Part shown: piece by piece, positions 19,686 to 29,152 of the stretch
Position numbering within the stretch: position 1 is the first letter of the stretch
Layout of the letters: each line of letters starts with the position of its first letter
Origin: Fastidiosibacter lacustris
Lineage (GTDB): Bacteria > Pseudomonadota > Gammaproteobacteria > Francisellales > Francisellaceae
NCBI RefSeq assembly: GCF_003428155.1
Contig: NZ_QLIR01000003.1
Span: 1 to 32,000, forward strand
Length of the DNA stretch: 32,000 nt
Reading direction: 5' to 3'
Translations under genes and position numbers: made by a program
Notes under the pieces: model-generated
The model's input: only the letters and a program-made list of their open reading frames with translations
What the model was told of the DNA's origin: nothing
Databases searched by the model: none

Positions 19686-20378
19686 ATGGTCATGAAAATA
19701 GAAAAGAAAATTATTGAATTTAAAATCGTGAAACCTGAGGAAAAACTAACAAATGTTACAGTAAAGTCATTAAAAAAAGAAAAATTACATCAGCAGATGA
19801 GTGAAAATATCAAACGCCCTGAATCATTGATAGGGGAAACTTATAAGATCAAACCACCTAATGCAGAACATGCCTTATATGTCACAATCAATGATATTAT
19901 ATTGAATGAAGGTACTGAACATGAAGTACGCAGACCTTTTGAGATTTTCCTAAGTTCTAAGAATATAGAGCATTTTCAATGGACTATTGCGTTGACACTG
20001 ATTATTTCAGCTGTCTTTCGAAAAGGGGGCGACATTACTTTCCTAGTTGAGGAATTACGCTCGGTATTTGATCCAAATGGTGGATATTTAAAGCGTGGTG
20101 GTAAATATATTCCGTCCCTAGTATCAGAAATTGGCGATGTCATTGAAAAACATTTAAAGAAAATTAACATGTTACCAGCGGGTGATTTGGATGAAAGTCA
20201 AAAGCTTTTTATTGCCGCTAAACGTGAGGAATTGGATAAGCGACAGCAGCCAAGTAATGATGCAACAACTAATTTTCCACCTGAATCTCAACTGTGTACT
20301 AAGTGCAATACTAAGGCAATGATAAATATGGATAACTGTTTGACTTGTCTAAATTGTGGCTACTCTAAGTGTGGTTAG
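19686..20378 (+). CDS. Ribonucleotide reductase small/accessory part, NrdJb-like; ATG 19686 preferred over TTG 19674
   Basis: ALYVTINDIILNEGTEHEVRRPFEIFLSSKNIEHFQWTIALTLIISAVFRKGGDITFLVEELRSVFDPNGGYLKRGGKYIPSLVSEIGDVIEKHL followed by CTKCNTKAMINMDNCLTCLNCGYSKCG; matches the recalled NrdJb/TSCPD-type domain with C-terminal Cys-rich tail. Confidence 0.8.
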   Translation: MVMKIEKKIIEFKIVKPEEKLTNVTVKSLKKEKLHQQMSENIKRPESLIGETYKIKPPNAEHALYVTINDIILNEGTEHEVRRPFEIFLSSKNIEHFQWTIALTLIISAVFRKGGDITFLVEELRSVFDPNGGYLKRGGKYIPSLVSEIGDVIEKHLKKINMLPAGDLDESQKLFIAAKREELDKRQQPSNDATTNFPPESQLCTKCNTKAMINMDNCLTCLNCGYSKCG

Positions 20379-20381
20379 ACA

Positions 20382-20876
20382 ATGCTTTACGCTTTTTTCT
20401 ATCTTGCCTTTTGCACTTATCTTGGCTTATTTCTCAAAAATAAAATTGCCATCACTTTTTTAGCAGTTTCAGTACTTAGTTGGTTTATTGTCAGAATTCC
20501 TGAAATCAATGCTGATTTATGGTATCGCTTTGTGCTGATGAGTTTGTCATATGCCACAGAGTTAGCTGTTTTACTTTATTTTTTGCCAAAAAAGGTTATT
20601 GAACTTACAAGACCTAATATACAAAAAAGTTTAATTATAGCCGCTGTTTTGCTGGTAATGTTTAGCTTAGCTGTTTTTGTTAGTAGCATTTTGATTCCTT
20701 ATATGCAACAGACTCTCATGCAACAAGCAAATGTAGACATTAACGGATTATTAAGCCAAATTGGTTGGTTGTATCGCTTTGGTTCATTCGCTGGCTGGTT
20801 AAGCTTTTTTACTTATCTATACCTTTGGATTGGCTTGACAAGGTTTAATGTAAAAATTCCAGTAAGCGTTATTTAG
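20382..20876 (+). CDS. Hypothetical integral membrane protein, about five TM segments
   Basis: 164-aa mostly hydrophobic ORF starting 4 nt after nrdJb. Confidence 0.65.
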   Translation: MLYAFFYLAFCTYLGLFLKNKIAITFLAVSVLSWFIVRIPEINADLWYRFVLMSLSYATELAVLLYFLPKKVIELTRPNIQKSLIIAAVLLVMFSLAVFVSSILIPYMQQTLMQQANVDINGLLSQIGWLYRFGSFAGWLSFFTYLYLWIGLTRFNVKIPVSVI

Positions 20877-20973
20877 CATTTCCTACTAAAAAACATTGAC
20901 CTATTATCGACTGTTATCAAATCGTACTATAAAACACCATGAAAACAAAATTTGAGTTCCTGACTATTTGGGC

Positions 20974-21001
20974 TTACATGGTTTTTACATGTTGATATAA
21001 T
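20974..21001 (+). promoter_or_regulatory. Candidate cydD promoter
   Basis: TTACAT, 16-nt spacer, TATAAT; 36 nt before cydD ATG. Confidence 0.4.
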
Positions 21002-21036
21002 GCCGCCATGAATTGTACGCTTTATAGATTGAATAG

Positions 21037-22830
21037 ATGTCAAATACTGCGCTTGAGCGTAAAAGTGCGCGCTTGTGGTTAAAATCAAAAGCAAAACCAG
21101 CAAAGCGATGGATCCAATTGACTGTTTTTGTGAGTTTTACAAGTGGTTTATTGTTAATTGGTCAGTTGTATTTATTAGCACACATTTGCTATGCCGCTTT
21201 TATCGAGCACTTATCGCAAACTCAACTTATTACTTATTTTATTGGAATTGCCATGATCGTATTGATTCGGGCAGGCTTATCATGGTTAAAAGAAATAGTA
21301 AGCTTTCAGGCAGCAGCATGTGTTAAACAGCAATTAAGAGAAGATATCATCTTGCATATTAATCGCTTGGGACCCATAAAGGCATCTACAATGAGTAGTG
21401 GTGAGCTCGTAAGCTCGGCAATGGAACAAGTAGAGGGAATGAATAATTTCTTAACTCATTTTTTACCACAGGTGACACTAGCTGGACTTATGCCTTTTGC
21501 AATTTTAATATTCGTCTTTCCACAAAGCATTGTTTGTGGATTGATTTTACTTATTTGTGCGCCACTTATTCCTTTGTTTATGATGTTGGTGGGATTGGGT
21601 GCTGAGAGCGAAAATCAGAAACATTTTAAAACTTTAGGACGGATAAGCTCAGTTTTTTTAGATACATTACAAGGCTTGGCAACGATTAGGTTGTTTAACC
21701 GGAGTAAGCAGCATGCTAAAGTCATCTTTAATTACTCAGATGAATATTGTATAAAAACAATGAAAGTACTAAGAATGGCTTTTTTATCTTCGGCAGTACT
21801 AGAGGTTTTCTCAGCTGCATCTATTGCACTTGTTGCGATTTATTTGGGCATGGGATTTATCAATAGTGCAAATACACATACCATTTGGTGGGTGTTTGAT
21901 AATATGACTTTACAAGGTGGACTGTTTATTTTGCTATTAGCACCTGAGTTTTTCCTACCATTGCGTGAGTTAAGTACACATTACCATGCTAAAGCCGAAG
22001 CAGTAGGTGCTGCTCTTGAGTTGCAAAAAATATTTGATTTACAGGAGGATAAAGGAGGCGTTCAACTTCCTTTTACTGAAAACATTCAATCCATTTCATT
22101 TAATCAATTAAGCTATAGTTATCATGGTAAAAGCCAATCGGCATTAAATAATATTTCATTAACAATAACAAAAGGACAAAAGATAGCAGTTATAGGTGCA
22201 AGTGGTGCGGGTAAAACAACTGTGCTTAATTTATTGATGAAATTTATACATGAAAAAAATAATAAACTCCTTATTAATGGATATACGCCTTTAAATGACA
22301 TAAACGAAAAAGATTGGCTTAAGAAAATCAGTTGGCTTGGTCAACATGCAGGTTTATTTAAAGGTAGTATAAGGTATAACTTATTGCTTGCTAAAGAACA
22401 TGCAACAGATGATGAATTATGGCATGCGTTGACGTTGGCAGCTTTAGATAAGGAAGTCAAAACATTTGCTGATGGATTGGATACGGAGCTAGGTGAACAA
22501 AACTTAGGTTTATCAGGTGGTCAAGCCCAGCGTTTAGCATTAGCACGAGCTTACCTTAAACCATGTGAATTACTGTTATTAGATGAGCCAACAGCAAGTT
22601 TAGATGAAAAAAACGAAACACTTATCATGGAAAGTCTAATTCGAAATTGGACGGATAAAACGGTGATCATGCTCACCCATCGTTTGGCTTTTTTGTCTAA
22701 AATGGATCACATTGTGGTCATGAATGAAGGTAAGATCGTCCAGCAAGGCAGCTTAGAAAGCTTATTAGCAGAAAAGTCAGGTTTTTTTAATGCATTATAT
22801 GCGTATCATATTGATAGAGAGGTGCATTAA
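21037..22830 (+). CDS. cydD: Cysteine/glutathione exporter ABC permease/ATPase CydD
   Basis: TM-ABC fusion, GASGAGKTTVLNLLM, LGEQNLGLSGGQAQRLALARAYLKPCELLLLDEPTASLD; adjacent to cydC. Confidence 0.92.
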   Translation: MSNTALERKSARLWLKSKAKPAKRWIQLTVFVSFTSGLLLIGQLYLLAHICYAAFIEHLSQTQLITYFIGIAMIVLIRAGLSWLKEIVSFQAAACVKQQLREDIILHINRLGPIKASTMSSGELVSSAMEQVEGMNNFLTHFLPQVTLAGLMPFAILIFVFPQSIVCGLILLICAPLIPLFMMLVGLGAESENQKHFKTLGRISSVFLDTLQGLATIRLFNRSKQHAKVIFNYSDEYCIKTMKVLRMAFLSSAVLEVFSAASIALVAIYLGMGFINSANTHTIWWVFDNMTLQGGLFILLLAPEFFLPLRELSTHYHAKAEAVGAALELQKIFDLQEDKGGVQLPFTENIQSISFNQLSYSYHGKSQSALNNISLTITKGQKIAVIGASGAGKTTVLNLLMKFIHEKNNKLLINGYTPLNDINEKDWLKKISWLGQHAGLFKGSIRYNLLLAKEHATDDELWHALTLAALDKEVKTFADGLDTELGEQNLGLSGGQAQRLALARAYLKPCELLLLDEPTASLDEKNETLIMESLIRNWTDKTVIMLTHRLAFLSKMDHIVVMNEGKIVQQGSLESLLAEKSGFFNALYAYHIDREVH

Positions 22831-24482
22831 TGCGCGAGTTAATTCCTTTTTTAAGCCTTTTTAAAAATCAAGCAAAATGGATGTTTATTGGCACGGGTTT
22901 AGCATTTCTGGCGATTTTAGCTAGTATCGGTTTGTTATCCTTGTCAGGATGGTTTATTTCAGCCACTGGTTTTGTTGCAATTTCAAGTTATGCTGTTATG
23001 CAGGAGTTTAACTATTTTTACCCAGCTGCGGGGGTTCGCACTTTTTCTTTATTTCGAATTGTCACACGTTATGGTGAGCGGGTATTTACCCATGAAGCAA
23101 CGTTTAAAATTTTGACAGATGTGCGTGTATGGGTATACCAAAAACTTACTCCATTAGCCCCTGTACATTTGACACAATACAAAAGTGGAGACTTATTAAA
23201 TCGCTTAGTGAATGATGTCAATGCGCTTGATAATTTATACATTCGAATTATTTCACCAAGTTGTGTGCTTTTTTTATCAATTTTGGTTATTGGTATTTTC
23301 TTTAGTTTCTTTAGCATAGGGCTTGCGATCACTACGATGCTCTTGGCTTGTGTTGCAGGTTTTTTTATTCCAGTTGGTGTTGGAACACTATCGGCAAAGT
23401 ATGCGGCAAATTTAGCACAAGAGAGTGCGGAACTTAAAACAGCTATTACTGAACATATTCAATCTTTAGCAGAGCTTAAAGTTTTTGCAGCTGAAGATAA
23501 GCATAATAAGTTAATCCAAATACAAAATATGTCACTGATTCAAAGTCAGCAAAAGATGAGTTGTTATACTGGATTAAGTGCAGCATTAATGACTTTATTT
23601 TTAGGTTTAACTTTATGGTTTGGCGTTTGGATTGCTGTGGGACTTGTGCATAGTGGACATCTAAATGGTGCATTTATTGCCTTAATTGCATTGGCAATTA
23701 TGGGACTTTTTGAAGCGATAATGCCGTTACCTGTGGCGTATCAGTATTTAGGAGGTACATTGACCTCAGCTAAACGTTTACTACAAATTATTGATCAAAA
23801 GCCTACAGTTAGTTTTCCAGAGGGAAGTAGTGATAAAAAACCAGTTGATAATAGCATTCATTTTGAGGATATTGATTTTTGTTATCAAAATCGGACAAAG
23901 ATTTACCATCGTTTTAATCTTGCGTTAAAACCCAATGAGAAAGTAGTACTTTTTGGTACAACAGGTTGTGGTAAATCAACTTTGGTGAATTTATTAGCTC
24001 GATTTTTTGTACCACAAAAAGGTTGTATTTTGATCGGTGGAGTAGATATTAGTAAATTAAGTGAAAATCAGTTACGTCAACAAATGACGATTATTACGCA
24101 GCAGCCACATATTTTCAATGGCAGTATTCGTAATAATTTGTTGTTAGCAAATGAAGGTGCAACAGACGATATGCTTTGGGATGCGCTTGATGTCGTTGAT
24201 TTAAAGATATTTGTCGCAACCCTTGCAAATGGCTTAGACACATGGGTTGGTGAGCATGGTAAACATTTATCAAAGGGGCAAAAACGACGCTTGTCGTTGG
24301 CACAAGCAGTACTGTCACACAATCCAATATTAGTCTTAGATGAACCAACAGAAGGTCTGGATAAAGTGACGGAAGATCGGGTAATAAAAGCATTAAAAAC
24401 GGTTATGGACAATAAAACGGTTATTTTAATCACGCATAGCCGTAAATTGTTAACCTATGTAGATAGAGTAATTTATCTATAA
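22830..24482 (+). CDS. cydC: Cysteine/glutathione exporter ABC permease/ATPase CydC, overlapping the cydD stop (TAATG)
   Basis: GLLSLSGWFISATGF; PAAGVRTFSLFRIVTRYGERVFTHEATFKIL; GTTGCGKSTLVNLLARFF; LSKGQKRRLSLAQAVLSHNPILVLDEPTEGLD. Confidence 0.93.
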   Translation: MRELIPFLSLFKNQAKWMFIGTGLAFLAILASIGLLSLSGWFISATGFVAISSYAVMQEFNYFYPAAGVRTFSLFRIVTRYGERVFTHEATFKILTDVRVWVYQKLTPLAPVHLTQYKSGDLLNRLVNDVNALDNLYIRIISPSCVLFLSILVIGIFFSFFSIGLAITTMLLACVAGFFIPVGVGTLSAKYAANLAQESAELKTAITEHIQSLAELKVFAAEDKHNKLIQIQNMSLIQSQQKMSCYTGLSAALMTLFLGLTLWFGVWIAVGLVHSGHLNGAFIALIALAIMGLFEAIMPLPVAYQYLGGTLTSAKRLLQIIDQKPTVSFPEGSSDKKPVDNSIHFEDIDFCYQNRTKIYHRFNLALKPNEKVVLFGTTGCGKSTLVNLLARFFVPQKGCILIGGVDISKLSENQLRQQMTIITQQPHIFNGSIRNNLLLANEGATDDMLWDALDVVDLKIFVATLANGLDTWVGEHGKHLSKGQKRRLSLAQAVLSHNPILVLDEPTEGLDKVTEDRVIKALKTVMDNKTVILITHSRKLLTYVDRVIYL

Positions 24483-24514
24483 ACGATGATTTAGAAACAT
24501 GACGAAGAAATATC

Positions 24515-25432
24515 ATGCAATCTTTAATACAAAGTAAAAAAGGTAAAAAAACGCATTTAAACTGCAAAGTTATGTTGGTTGTGCTTTTACTTCATATATT
24601 ACCTTATATTGCAGGTGCCAATACGACCAAAGTCATTTCGTTATCACCCAATACCACAGCAATTATTCGTAACGTTATTATGTTCGCTCAAAAAACTTCA
24701 GAAGAGGATAATGCCAAACTCATTGCCACAATTTACTATCCAGGTCAGCCAGAATATTATCAGCAATATGAAAATATCGGTTCATTCCAAGCATTAAACG
24801 TTACAAAAATATTGATGCTTAAACCAGATATTGTAATTACTTGGCAAGGGCAAACACAACCTCAAACCATCACATTGTTAGAGCGTTTTGGTATTAAAGT
24901 TAAGATATTTAATGCAGATAATTTAGAAGAACTAGGTAAGACATTTGTTGAAATAGGAACAGCTATTAATCTCAATCAAGCTGCAACTAAGTTGCAGCTT
25001 GATTTTATGCATAAAATCAATCAAGCCACCCAAAACAAAAACAAACCAAAACGTAGCATAACTTTACTTTTTCAATTAGCAGAAAAGCCCATTTTTGTAG
25101 CTGGTGGCAGTGGTATTTTAAATGACATTATCACGCGTTGTGGCGGAGAAAACGTTTTTAAAAGCATAAAGAAAGTCAGTTTTGAAACCGATGTCAGTGC
25201 GATATTAAAAGAAAATCCACAATTGATTATCATGCTTGGTACGATGAAGACAGCATGGCAAAAACAGCCAAATAGTATGTGGCAACAATGGACGTATCTT
25301 AAAGCTGTAAAAAATCACTTCGTTTATCAGCTATCATCCGATGAAATCTCCCAATTTTCCCCACAAATTGTAACTGGAATAATAAGCATGTGTGATATAC
25401 TCTCTAGCGCAAACTCACAACTACATCCTTAA
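24515..25432 (+). CDS. BtuF-like periplasmic substrate-binding protein (cobalamin or metal-chelate binding)
   Basis: Signal peptide; KVISLSPNTTAII; IGSFQALNVTKILMLKPDIVITW; FVAGGSGILNDIITRCGGENVF; FETDVSAILKENPQLIIML. Confidence 0.75.
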   Translation: MQSLIQSKKGKKTHLNCKVMLVVLLLHILPYIAGANTTKVISLSPNTTAIIRNVIMFAQKTSEEDNAKLIATIYYPGQPEYYQQYENIGSFQALNVTKILMLKPDIVITWQGQTQPQTITLLERFGIKVKIFNADNLEELGKTFVEIGTAINLNQAATKLQLDFMHKINQATQNKNKPKRSITLLFQLAEKPIFVAGGSGILNDIITRCGGENVFKSIKKVSFETDVSAILKENPQLIIMLGTMKTAWQKQPNSMWQQWTYLKAVKNHFVYQLSSDEISQFSPQIVTGIISMCDILSSANSQLHP

Positions 25433-25446
25433 GTGTAGGGGGATAT

Positions 25447-26183
25447 ATGTTACATAGTGCTTTTTTGGGGAATTATTAGGTTGTATAGTATTGATTTTAC
25501 TTGGTGGAGGTGTTGTTGCAGGGGTGCTATTAAAGCAGTCTAAAGCTGAAAATAGCGGTTGGATGGTGATTACAGCTGGCTGGGGATTTGCGGTAATGAT
25601 GGCTGTTTTTGTCGCACAAGCAGCAGGCTCAGATCAAGCAGATATTAATCCGGCAGTTACCTTGGCTAAATATTTATTAGGAGGAATTTATAACTCCATG
25701 TGGCAAGTAATTTCATTATGGTTTGCTCAGTTACTTGGCTGTTTTTTAGGAGGTGTTTTGGTATGGCTTAGCTATTACCCCCATTGGCAATATACTAAAA
25801 ATTCTCATTTTAAGCTGATGATATTTTCTACTCATCCTGCTATGCGCCATAAAGGTAGTAATTTTTTGACTGAGCTTATTGCGACAACACTTTTAATTAT
25901 TTTTGTTGGAGCGTTGATCAATTATGGCAATAAACTCCCTTTTGCTAATGGCAGCTTACCTTATGTATTTGGCTTTGCGGTGTGGGGAATTGGTCTATCT
26001 TTAGGCGGACCCACAGGTTATGCAATTAATCCAGCTAGGGACTTAGGTCCTAGAATTGCACATATGATCTTACCTATCAAAGGCAAAGGCTCAAGTGACT
26101 GGGGTTATGCCTGGGTGCCTATTTTAGCACCACTAACTGGGGCTGTTTTAGGTGTAATATTAATTCGAGTATTTATGTTTTAA
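25447..26183 (+). CDS. MIP family aquaporin/glycerol facilitator with a frame change near the N-terminus (frame 1 at 25447, frame of supplied ORF from about 25467)
   Basis: SD AGGGGGG then ATG 25447: MLHSAFLG|NY*. Shifting at T6G4 gives MLHSAFLGELLGCIVLILLGGGVVAG joined to the ORF; two boxes INPAVTLAKY and INPARDLGPRI. Confidence 0.8.
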
Positions 26184-26383
26184 AGCTGATTTTCCACTCA
26201 AATAAACTGTACTGTCAGATGTGTTATGACATTAATATGGATATATTTTAAAGCTTTTTTTGCCAAGTCTATGTGATAGAATACCAGCCTGAATTTTTGA
26301 TCTACTCCTATCATTAGTTATTTTGCATAAGTTTTTGCAAAGTAGTTTGTGATGGATATAAGCTAACAAACAGGACAATTAAG

Positions 26384-29152
26384 ATGTCAGAAATACAAAA
26401 AAATTATGATCCAAAATTACTAGAACAAAAATGTTATGAAACGTGGGAAAAAAAAGGTTTATTTAGATGTGGTCAAACTAAGGGTGTGCCTTTTACTATC
26501 ATGCTTCCTCCACCTAATGTGACCGGAACTTTACACATGGGGCATGGTTTTCAGCAAACCTTAATGGATTTATTAATACGTTATCATCGGATGATGGGCG
26601 ATAATGCTTTATGGCAGCCTGGAACCGATCATGCAGGTATTGCAACACAAATGGTAGTTGAGCGTAATTTAAACGCAGAAGGGGTTTCGCGCCATGATTT
26701 AGGACGGGAAAAGTTCATAGAGAGGATTTGGCAGTGGAAGGAGTATTCAGGTGGTACAATTGCTAAGCAAATGCGTCGCTTAGGGGCATCTTGTGATTGG
26801 TCTCGTGAGCGTTTTACTATGGATGATGGTTTATCTAAAGCCGTACAAACATGCTTTATTAAATTGTATGAAGATGGTTTAGCTTATCGTGGTGAGCGCT
26901 TAGTCAATTGGGATCCAGTACTATTAACAGCTGTTTCTGATTTAGAGGTGGTTCAAGAAGAAGAAAATGGTTCACTTTGGCATTTTCGTTATCCATTAGT
27001 AGATGACAGTGGTAGTATTGAAATTGCAACAACTCGTCCTGAAACGATGTTAGGAGATGTGGCAGTAGCAGTTAATCCAGAAGATGAACGTTATAAGCAT
27101 TTAATTGGTAAGCTAGTTAAGCTACCTTTAACAGAGCGAGAAATTCCTATAATTGCGGATGAATACGTTGATGTTGAGTTTGGGACAGGTTGCGTTAAAA
27201 TTACACCTGCACATGACTTTAATGATTATGAAATTGGTAAACGCCACCATTTACCAATAATTAACATCTTAGCAAACGATGCCAAATTAAACACAAATGT
27301 TCCCAAAGTCTATCAGGGTTTAGACCGTTTTGAAGCACGTAAAAAGATCGTGATTGATATGGAAGCGCAAGGCTTTTTAGTTAAAGTTGAACCACATGTT
27401 TTAAAAGTGCCTAAAGGTGATAGGACAGGTGCGATACTTGAACCCTATTTAACTAAACAGTGGTTTGTTAAAGCAGGTGAATTAGGAAAACCAGCACTTG
27501 AAGCAGTTGAAAATGGTAGTGTGCGCTTTGTACCAGATAATTGGAAAAATACGTATTATTCGTGGATGAATGATTTGCAAGATTGGTGTATTTCACGTCA
27601 ATTGTGGTGGGGGCATCGAATCCCCGCCTGGTACGATCTAAATGGCAAGGTATACGTTGGTAGTTCTGAAGAGGATGTACGGACTAAATATGGTTTATCA
27701 CTTGAGTTAATCTTACAGCAAGATGAAGATGTATTTGATACCTGGTTTTCAGCAGCACTTTGGCCATTTTCAACTTTAGGTTGGCCTGAAAATACACCTG
27801 AACTTAAAAAGTATTACCCTACAAGCGTATTGGTAACGGGTTTTGATATTATCTTTTTTTGGGTGGCCAGAATGATGATGTTTGGTCTTTATTTTATGAA
27901 AGATGTGCCATTTAGGGATATCTACATCACAGGACTCATTCGCGATGCAGAAGGGCAAAAGATGTCAAAATCAAAAGGAAATGTATTGGACCCAGTTGAT
28001 TTGATTGATGGTATTTCCTTGGAGGACTTAATTTCAAAACGCACTCAAGCTTTGATGCAGCCACAAATGAAAACAAAAGTCGAAAAGCAAACCCATAAAC
28101 ATTTTCCTAACGGAATTGAGGCATATGGCACCGATGCGCTGCGCTTTACCTTTACTGCCCTTGCTTCAACTTCGCGTGATATTTGTTTTGATGTGGCGCG
28201 CATGGAAGGTTATCGTAATTTTTGTAACAAGCTATGGAACGCTTCGCGCTTTGTGATGATGAACCTTGAAGACTACGATGCCAACGATAATCAATATAAA
28301 ATCGGGATTGCTGAGCATTGGATTTGGCATAAGCTTAATCAAACAATTGTTGAAGTACATAAACACATTGCTCAATATCGTTTTGATCTATTGGCGCAAA
28401 CGATATATGAATTTGTTTGGAATCAATATTGTGATTGGTACGTTGAATTTGCCAAAGCAAGCTTAAACGATGAAAACGTTACTCCAGAACAAAAGCAAGG
28501 CGTTCAATATACCTTAATTACCGTACTAGATAAAATTTTGCGCTTAGCTCACCCGATCATACCATTTATTACTGAGGAAATTTTTAGTCAAGTGAAAGTG
28601 TTTACCCTGGATAGCATAACATCAATTATGACTAGCAACTTCCCTGTATTTGATCAAAACCTTGTCAATGAAAAAGCTTCAAATGAGATAGAGTGGGTTA
28701 AAAGAATCATTGTAGCAATAAGAACTATTCGTTCAGAAATGAACGTTAAGCCAAGCTTAAACATTTTACTTTATATCAAAAATGCAACTACAGATGAACT
28801 GGTCAAATTACAGGTAATGAAATCACTCATTCAGTCAATGGCTAAAGTGTCTGATATTATAGTAAATAACGACGTACCGATGTCGGCAACAACTTTGGTT
28901 GATAATATGGAATTACATATTCCATTGGCAGGTTTGATAGACGTTACAGCCGAGCAAATGCGCCTAAAAAAAGAGCAAGAAAAATTAGAAAAAGAAATTA
29001 TTCGCTTGAGAGCTAAATTAAGCAATGAAAAATTTGTTGCCAATGCTCCACTTGATGTTGTTGAAAAAGAGAAAACAAAGCTTTTTGAATACCAAAGCAC
29101 TCAGGCTAAATTGGTAAAACAGTTTGAAAAATTAGAAGCTTTATTACCATAA
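26384..29152 (+). CDS. valS: Valyl-tRNA synthetase
   Basis: PPPNVTGTLHMGHGFQQTLMDLLIRYHRMMG; DVFDTWFSAALWPF; KMSKSKGNVLDP; C-terminal coiled-coil. Confidence 0.98.
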   Translation: MSEIQKNYDPKLLEQKCYETWEKKGLFRCGQTKGVPFTIMLPPPNVTGTLHMGHGFQQTLMDLLIRYHRMMGDNALWQPGTDHAGIATQMVVERNLNAEGVSRHDLGREKFIERIWQWKEYSGGTIAKQMRRLGASCDWSRERFTMDDGLSKAVQTCFIKLYEDGLAYRGERLVNWDPVLLTAVSDLEVVQEEENGSLWHFRYPLVDDSGSIEIATTRPETMLGDVAVAVNPEDERYKHLIGKLVKLPLTEREIPIIADEYVDVEFGTGCVKITPAHDFNDYEIGKRHHLPIINILANDAKLNTNVPKVYQGLDRFEARKKIVIDMEAQGFLVKVEPHVLKVPKGDRTGAILEPYLTKQWFVKAGELGKPALEAVENGSVRFVPDNWKNTYYSWMNDLQDWCISRQLWWGHRIPAWYDLNGKVYVGSSEEDVRTKYGLSLELILQQDEDVFDTWFSAALWPFSTLGWPENTPELKKYYPTSVLVTGFDIIFFWVARMMMFGLYFMKDVPFRDIYITGLIRDAEGQKMSKSKGNVLDPVDLIDGISLEDLISKRTQALMQPQMKTKVEKQTHKHFPNGIEAYGTDALRFTFTALASTSRDICFDVARMEGYRNFCNKLWNASRFVMMNLEDYDANDNQYKIGIAEHWIWHKLNQTIVEVHKHIAQYRFDLLAQTIYEFVWNQYCDWYVEFAKASLNDENVTPEQKQGVQYTLITVLDKILRLAHPIIPFITEEIFSQVKVFTLDSITSIMTSNFPVFDQNLVNEKASNEIEWVKRIIVAIRTIRSEMNVKPSLNILLYIKNATTDELVKLQVMKSLIQSMAKVSDIIVNNDVPMSATTLVDNMELHIPLAGLIDVTAEQMRLKKEQEKLEKEIIRLRAKLSNEKFVANAPLDVVEKEKTKLFEYQSTQAKLVKQFEKLEALLP

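Noticed and set aside
24077-24433. Minus-strand 118-aa ORF and nearby 92-aa plus ORF in cydC
   Set aside because: Both overlap the conserved ATPase domain of CydC and have low-complexity, unconvincing protein sequences.
26184-26383. TTTGCA...TGCAAA inverted repeat and T-runs upstream of valS considered as T-box or attenuator
   Set aside because: Only 6 bp, no T-box hallmark sequence, and T-box control of valS is not expected in gammaproteobacteria.
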